Assembly (NCBI GenBank): GCA_964016885.1
Contig: OZ024741.1
Location: 180,420,001-180,484,000 of the forward strand
Direction: 5' to 3'
Source: Eledone cirrhosa
Lineage: Eukaryota
DNA length: 64,000 nt
A program made the position numbers and the translations under genes. Positions 57,113-64,000 of this stretch are shown here, in pieces (within the stretch, counting starts at the first letter, position 1; each line of letters begins with the position of its first letter). The notes below the pieces were generated by a model, which saw only the letters and a program-made list of their open reading frames with translations, did not search any database and was not told where the DNA came from.

Positions 57113-57775
57113 CCGACATGTCACTCTCAACAACATATTGAGAAGAAGCCTGGATGCAGTTAGCTTTTCATCTCAACTGGAGTCGGCAGGCCTAGACTGT
57201 GGAGATGGCAAGCGGCCCGACAAAATCACCCTCCTCCCATTCGAAAGGGGTAGATCCCTCATCTAAAACGCCAACCACTGCGACACATTCTCCACCTCCA
57301 ACTTAGTCACTTTGGCCATAAACCCGGCATTGCAGCCTGCCTCACAGAAGAATATAAAATAAACAAATACTGGGGTTTGTCCGGCCGCTTCCTCTTTCAC
57401 TAGTCACCGTCAAGACCTCAGGCATACTTCGACCCCATACTGCCGAGCTCCTCCGCAAGATCAGAGTGTTGGTGGTCTGTCTGAGGAGGGAGCTCCATGA
57501 GGTTGGGTGGCTGTTGCAGCGGGTGTCACTGGCCATTGTCCGGGGGAATGCTTTTGCTGTCTTGTCAGCGGAGCACAGCACTTCTGCCCTCTTTCCCTAG
57601 GCCCAATCACCCTGCCCCTTCAACTCTCCCCTCTCTTCTGCAACACCAGAGCTCTTGCCATCCCCTCCCTTTCCTGACCTTTTTCTTTTTCATCTTCCTT
57701 TCCTTTTGTTTCCCCTTCTTTTTTAGTATTTCTATATTGAAAATAAACGTATTATTATTTGTAAAAAAAAAAAAA
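57113..57775 (+). mobile_element. CRE-like RLE non-LTR 3' fragment with AATAAA and poly-A
   Basis: RHVTLNNILRRSL...GLDCGDGKRPD.ITL.PF..G; poly-A at 57763-57775. Confidence 0.8.
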
Positions 57776-57934
57776 TATACATATTATATGTGTTATCAAT
57801 TTCTTTTTCTTTGGGTGTCACCACTGTTGTGGAGGTCAACTTGATTTGATACTAAAATCTCAGCATTGTTCTATGTGTAGGCCTATATTCATGTTCTGCT
57901 CATTTTCATTAAGTTTCTTGCTAGCAGGTCCTGT

Positions 57935-58130
57935 GGGTTCCAAATGTTCTCTAGCTCAGGACTCTAAGTATTCTTTGACCCAGGGCCCCAAATATTCTCT
58001 AACCCAGCACCCCTAGTATTCTCTGAACCAGAGCCCGAAATATTCTCTATCCCAGAACCCTAAATGTTTTTTAGCCCAGGTCCCCAAATGTTCTCTTGCC
58101 CAGGGTCCTAAATGTTCTCTAGCCCAGCAC
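57935..58130. repeat. ~23-bp minisatellite (aaatgttctctagcccagggtcc)
   Basis: About eight imperfect copies. Confidence 0.85.
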
Positions 58131-58223
58131 TCCAATCCTATTCATGGCCATTGTACTTCCTCCTTTGTCTAAGATATCTCACCCCAGATATTTAAACATC
58201 TAATTCTTCTTCATTTGTTTCAG

Positions 58224-58286
58224 TGTAAAGATGCAGTAAGAAAATGTCAGTCTCAGAACTCCAACTTGTACAACCGGACTATAAAT
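58224..58286 (+). CDS. PSTPIP1: Host gene exon (63 bp): CKDAVRKCQSQNSNLYNRTIN
   Basis: Acceptor ttcttcatttgtttcag, donor gtaagt, phase 0/0. Aligns by eye to [21 protein letters not shown] of PSTPIP1. Confidence 0.8.
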
Positions 58287-58354
58287 GTAAGTGGTTTGTT
58301 TACTTGTTTATATATATAAGAATGTATTTATAAACTTATATAGATATATATATA

Positions 58355-59656
58355 TAACGAAGGAAATGTGGTAAGGAACCAGATGGACCATAACGCACCA
58401 AAGTACTCAATACTTAGGGTAGTAGAGTGGGTAATAGGAACGAGTAGGACCCCAATGGCTGAGCTCAAGCCGTTTCGACAGCTAATTCTGGACTAAATGA
58501 AAATTTTTATCCTGGTACATGAATAGCCGAGCTTCTCAGGGGGTAATTCCATATATGGTAAAAGTGATTGTCACAAGGATTGGTCAAAAGTTTGTTGTTG
58601 AGACACATAATTCTATCATGGCATTTTGTGGAAGGAAGGGGTAGCTGAACTTGCCAGTAGAAGAAAGAGGGAGTGGAGGAAACCCAGTCGTGCGTTGATA
58701 GTGTCAACTACAGCAGGATCCTAAGGATAAGAGGTCAAGAGGAGTATACTGCCCCATTTCCGTGCTTTCTAGATTTCTTAGTGATATCTCTGCTTTAGTT
58801 TCTTGTATATCAGTATTTGTTTTTTATTGGGGGGGGGGGGGTTCTGAATTAATTTTTCGTATTAAATTTTTCATATATATCGTACGAGTATTTATGTAGT
58901 TTGTATTAGAATTTATGTATTGCAGCGGCACCCTTATATATTGTATTAGTATTCATTTTCAGGATTCTGAATTATTATTTTGTATTAGTTTCAGGATTCT
59001 GAATTATTATTTTGTATTAGTTTCGGGACTCTGAATTATTATTTTGTAGTAGTTTCTTTAGTATTTTGGCCCCCTACTTGTTGACCTGTCACTGTAAGAT
59101 AGATTTGGACGATTACTACTAACTCATAAAATTTTTTCACTACAATCTTGTATTTAGTATTCTGTCCCACCTACTAAACTTTTCTATAGTTTAGCAGTAC
59201 CAGTGAGAGACTTGATGATTGTGGTTAGGGGAATAGTAACCAGAAATTGTTTTTTTTTTAATATTTTTAACATTCTTATTATTCTTCTATATATTTACTC
59301 CATATTGATTTACTTATTGTTTCGACTTCCTCCCCCTCCCTAGTATACTCCTCTTGACCTCTTATCCTTAGGATCCTGCTGTAGTTGACACTATCAACGC
59401 ACGACTGGGTTTCCTCCTCTCCCTCTTTCTTCTACTGGCAAGTTCAGCTACCACTACATTTCACAAAATGCCATGATAGAATTATGTGTCTCAACAACAA
59501 ACTTTTGACCAATCCTTGTGACAATCACTTTTACCATATATGGAATTACCCCCTGAGAAGCTCGGCTATTCATGTACCAGGATAAAAAATTTTCATTTAG
59601 TCTAGAATTAGCCGTCGAAACGGCTTGAGCTCAGCCATCGGAGTCCTACTCGTTTC
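58355..59656 (-). mobile_element. Fold-back element: ~313-bp inverted arms (58438-58750 / 59342-59656), 83-bp one-sided extension, degenerate hammerhead fold
   Basis: Arms seen directly (twin ORFs 58507-58707 and 59385-59585); internal 3x ~32-bp tandem near 58958-59052. Confidence 0.85.
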
Positions 59657-59670
59657 TATATATATATATA

Positions 59671-60489
<819 letters not shown>

Positions 60490-60670
60490 ACAATCGTGAG
60501 GTGTGAATTTGATTCCTGAACCGTGCTATGTGTTATGTCCTTGAGCAAGACACTTTATTTCACGTTGCTCTTTCTACTGGAGTTGCAACTGATAGATAGT
60601 ATTAGCAATTGGAAAGACCAACAGAAACATTGTTTCCTCGGTCCGATTTGATGAAAGTCGGTCGACTGTT
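60490..60670 (+). mobile_element. 5'-truncated SINE of the 2823-3041 family
   Basis: High similarity to 2858-3040. Confidence 0.88.
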
Positions 60671-60694
60671 GATATATATATATATATTATTATA

Positions 60695-60794
60695 CAGGGT
60701 GTTCCAAATAATGTATACACATTTTGATTGCTTGTACAGGCAATATTTACTAGAATGCTGTTGAAGTGTGTATACATTTTTGGGAGACACCCTG
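60695..60794. mobile_element. 100-bp Tc1/mariner-like MITE
   Basis: TIRs cagggtgttccaaataatgtatacaca / tgtgtatacatttttgggagacaccctg; TA on the left. Confidence 0.75.
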
Positions 60795-60805
60795 TGTGTG
60801 TGTGT

Positions 60806-60861
<56 letters not shown>

Positions 60862-60864
<3 letters not shown>

Positions 60865-61405
60865 TAGAATAAGGATAGAATGGAAGAAGTTTAGAGATCC
60901 ACTCTCACTGTTGATAACAAAAGGGTTCTCCCTATGTACAGAAGATAGCTGTATGATGGTTGTGTGCAAACTGCTATGCTGCACAGTAGTGAAGCATGAG
61001 CAAGGATTGCAGTGGATATGTGTTGACTGGAGAGAAATGAAGCAACCATCCTTTGTTGGATGTGCAATGTAAATGTGAGAGAAAGGCAGAGATTGGATGA
61101 ACTGAGGGAGAAACTAGGTTTAAGAGAAATCCAAAGAAATGTGCAAGAAAGAAGACTATGTTGGTATTGACATATGATACACATGGATGATGATTGCTGA
61201 GTGAAGAAATAACAGAAAATCCCTGTGGAAGGAGGCCGCAGTTGAGGTAGACCAAAGAAGAACTGGGTTTAGATGGTGAGAACTGATCTCAAATTGCTGA
61301 GACTCACAGAGGAGATGATGAAGAAAGATGTTGTGCTGAAAAGGATCCATCCAATCAATGTAAGCATGGAAAAATGGACGTAAAAACGATGATCATGGTG
61401 ATGAT
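60862..61405 (+). mobile_element. Degraded RTE 3' fragment
   Basis: ARIRIEWKKFRDPLSLLITKGFSL...; gat tail. Confidence 0.85.
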
Positions 61406-62165
61406 ATATATATATATATATACATATATATATACATTGGCAGTATCGGTAGTGTGTTAGACACCGTGCTTTGCAGTATAGAGTATTGGAGTATTTACGT
61501 TCTCAGTTTAAATCCTGTCGAGCTTAGCCTTTCATTCTTACAGGGTTGATGAAATAAAGCACCAGTAATGCACTGGAGTTAATTTAATCGACTTCCTCCT
61601 CCCCCAAAAATTGCTGGCCTTGTGCCTAAAGTAGAAACAGTTATTACATCAAATTGTTGGATGGGACATTTTGAAGTAAAATTTTATATATTGTATATAT
61701 TCAGAAGCTCTTCCTAACACTTTTTAGCCCTTTAGTTCCTTCTTACAACATGCTGGTATATGTAAATACAGTGGTGATGATGATGATACACATACTAGTA
61801 TGTAGCACAGTTTATGCTACCAAATTTCATTCACAGAGTATTGGTCAACCTGCAACTGTAGTAGAGGATAGTTGCACAGTGTCACATAGTTGGACACAAC
61901 CTGAAACTTCATATAGTTGATCAAAAACAAACACACAAATCTTTACAAGTTCACATCTGGTGTACAACATTTTCCATTTCCTCCTTTGTAATAAAATTAT
62001 GAAGTCTATATTAGAAACAGAAATAAATGTTTTTAGGTCAATCCCACTGTCTGAATAAATAATTTCTTTGTTTGAATACTTTTTATATTACATTTCTTTT
62101 TAACTTTCTTTTTGTTATTCTACATTTGTTTATCCTCTCTCTCTATATATAAATATATATATATG

Positions 62166-62225
<60 letters not shown>

Positions 62226-62379
62226 CATATGTATATATGTATGTATATATATATATATATAATATTTATGTGTATGTATATATATGTATATGTATGTTTA
62301 TATGTATGTATATATATATATATATAAAGGATAAACAATGCTAGCATGAAAAAATGGAAGTAAAATGGTGGTGATGATG

Positions 62380-62418
<39 letters not shown>

Positions 62419-62424
62419 ATATAG

Positions 62425-62622
62425 TAATAATAATTGTTTCTACTTTTGGCACATGGCCAGTAAATTACCCAGTGCATTACTGGTACTTTATTTTATCGAC
62501 CCTGTAAGGATGAAAGGCAAAGTTAACCTCGGCGGGATTTGAACTCAGAATGGTAAGGGCCGTAACTCCATGCGTCAAAGTATGGCGTCCGACCCTCTAC
62601 CGATACTGCCAATCCACCGCCC
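62425..62622 (-). mobile_element. Meta/MESC-like tRNA-derived SINE, well preserved
   Basis: A box tggcagtatcggtag, B box gagttcaaatcc, central domain, (tat)n tail. Confidence 0.8.
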
Positions 62623-62804
62623 TATATAGTAATAATAATCACAAAGATCAAAGTCGAATATCCTGTAATAGGGTGAAAGCAGCAATTCTTTGCTTAAATT
62701 TTAATCTGTACTAATAATATATATATATATTCAGATCTAGCTGTCGAAATGGCCAGAGCTCAGCCATTGGGGTCCTAACTCTTTTCCTCCCACCCCCCTC
62801 CCAA

Positions 62805-63076
62805 AATGGTAATGGAGGTGCCTTGGCAAAAAAGCACCAAGCCCACCCTGTAAAGTGGTCATGTAGGCGCCACAGAAAAAAAGCACCCAGCAGTCACTGT
62901 AAATAAAGTTGGTGTTAGGAAGGGCATCCAGCTGTAGCAATCAAGCCAAAATCAGTTCCCGTATGAGCAAGACAAGGTCAGCCGACCGGGCACTGCCCAC
63001 AACAGGACAACCCGTCTAACCCATGCTAGCGTGGAAGAATGGACGTAAAACGGGGATGATGATGATGATGATGATA
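62805..63076 (+). mobile_element. RTE-B-type 3' UTR/tail fragment
   Basis: Matches 7345-7610. Confidence 0.88.
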
Positions 63077-63641
63077 TCACGTTTTATTTACTTCTCTCAC
63101 ATTATTGAATACCCATTACAGGATATTGTAAACATCTGTATTCCTTGCTAGCTATGTTCGGATGGATCATCACAGACCAAGTTAAGCAGAGCTACTGATC
63201 TTTCAGATGAGTTCCATCTCACTTATGCTTCCACACTCTATGAGATGTTCAGGTAGGCTGACAGCCCGCATATCTCTTACTAAATATTCCCATGCTCTAT
63301 CAAGTGCATTTTATACACAGCACTATATACACAGATATACTATGCTGGATGCCCTTCCTATCACCAACCACTGTGCAGAGTGTTCTGAGTGTGTTTATCA
63401 TGTAGAAAAGTTGTTGTGCCCTTCACTCAACTGAATATACCTCTTAACCTTTTGGTATAGCTTCTACCATAGGATGCTTTTCTATCGATATATGTATGTA
63501 TGTACATATATGTGTATGCATGTATGTATATATGTATATGTGTATCCATGTATGTACATATTAATGTATATATATGTATATATGTATGTATATATGTATG
63601 TATTTTTCCATGTCTTCTACTTTCATCCACACCCTCTATAT

Positions 63642-63945
63642 CCAACTTTCACCTGGGCAGCATGTCCAGGTAGGTCTAAATTCTTCACCCTCATTCTCCA
63701 ACTTTCACCTGGCCAGTGTGGACAGGTAGGTCTAAATTCTACACCCTGATTTTCCAACTTTCACCTGGCCAATATGGACAAGTAGGTCTAAATTCCACAC
63801 CCTCATTGTCCAACTTTCACCTGACCAGTGTGGACAAGTAGGTCTAGACATCTTACCTTCCCTGCATAACTTGCCCTTGGCCAATATGGACAGGTAGATC
63901 TAAATACCACACCTGCCTATCTAATGTAGACAGGTAGGTCTAAAA
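63642..63945. repeat. 56-bp tandem repeat (ccaactttcacctggcca...ggacaggtaggtctaaatt)
   Basis: Unit starts at 63642, 63698, 63754 and 63810, followed by degenerate copies. Confidence 0.9.
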
Positions 63946-64000
63946 GCGACATAGTTGCTGAGATTTTGTTTTTATTAATTTTCTTCTACCTTTTATGTCC

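Noticed and set aside
58507-59585. Twin 66-aa ORFs on opposite strands
   Set aside because: Consequence of the inverted arms; no ATG start or recognisable domain.
63160-63200. gatcatcacagaccaagttaagcag resembling part of 5S rRNA
   Set aside because: Match too short, and the flanks do not follow 5S.
63642-63945. Regularly spaced repeats reminiscent of a CRISPR array (also 57935-58130)
   Set aside because: Whole units repeat with no unique spacers, no cas genes, eukaryotic context; minisatellites.

Overview
Eukaryotic, AT-rich, almost entirely repeat-derived DNA. A coleoid cephalopod such as an octopus is my inference from the SINE/RTE repertoire and the giant (TA)n arrays; the sequence does not prove it. 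The window lies inside one + strand host gene: four small GT-AG exons (21174-21274, 31134-31208, 55405-55546, 58224-58286) splice in frame into 127 aa of a PSTPIP1/2-like F-BAR domain. The introns hold kilobase-long, strand-polarised (TA)nTG arrays, two young RTE LINE families (one copy with an uninterrupted 991-aa ORF) and a two-ORF CR1-group LINE whose ORF1 has Myb-like, polyQ and 2xCCCH parts. They also hold CRE- and R4-type RLE fragments, two Penelope-like elements, tRNA-derived SINEs, MITEs and a solo LTR. The most notable signal is a set of type I hammerhead ribozyme folds. Two sit in short non-coding, terminally redundant units (310 bp and 538 bp periods) beside TA arrays, which are candidate retrozyme-like or PLE-dependent RNAs. 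The others sit in fold-back PLE-type repeats. A local duplication also copies a host splice acceptor upstream of its exon. All folds and alignments were done by eye.
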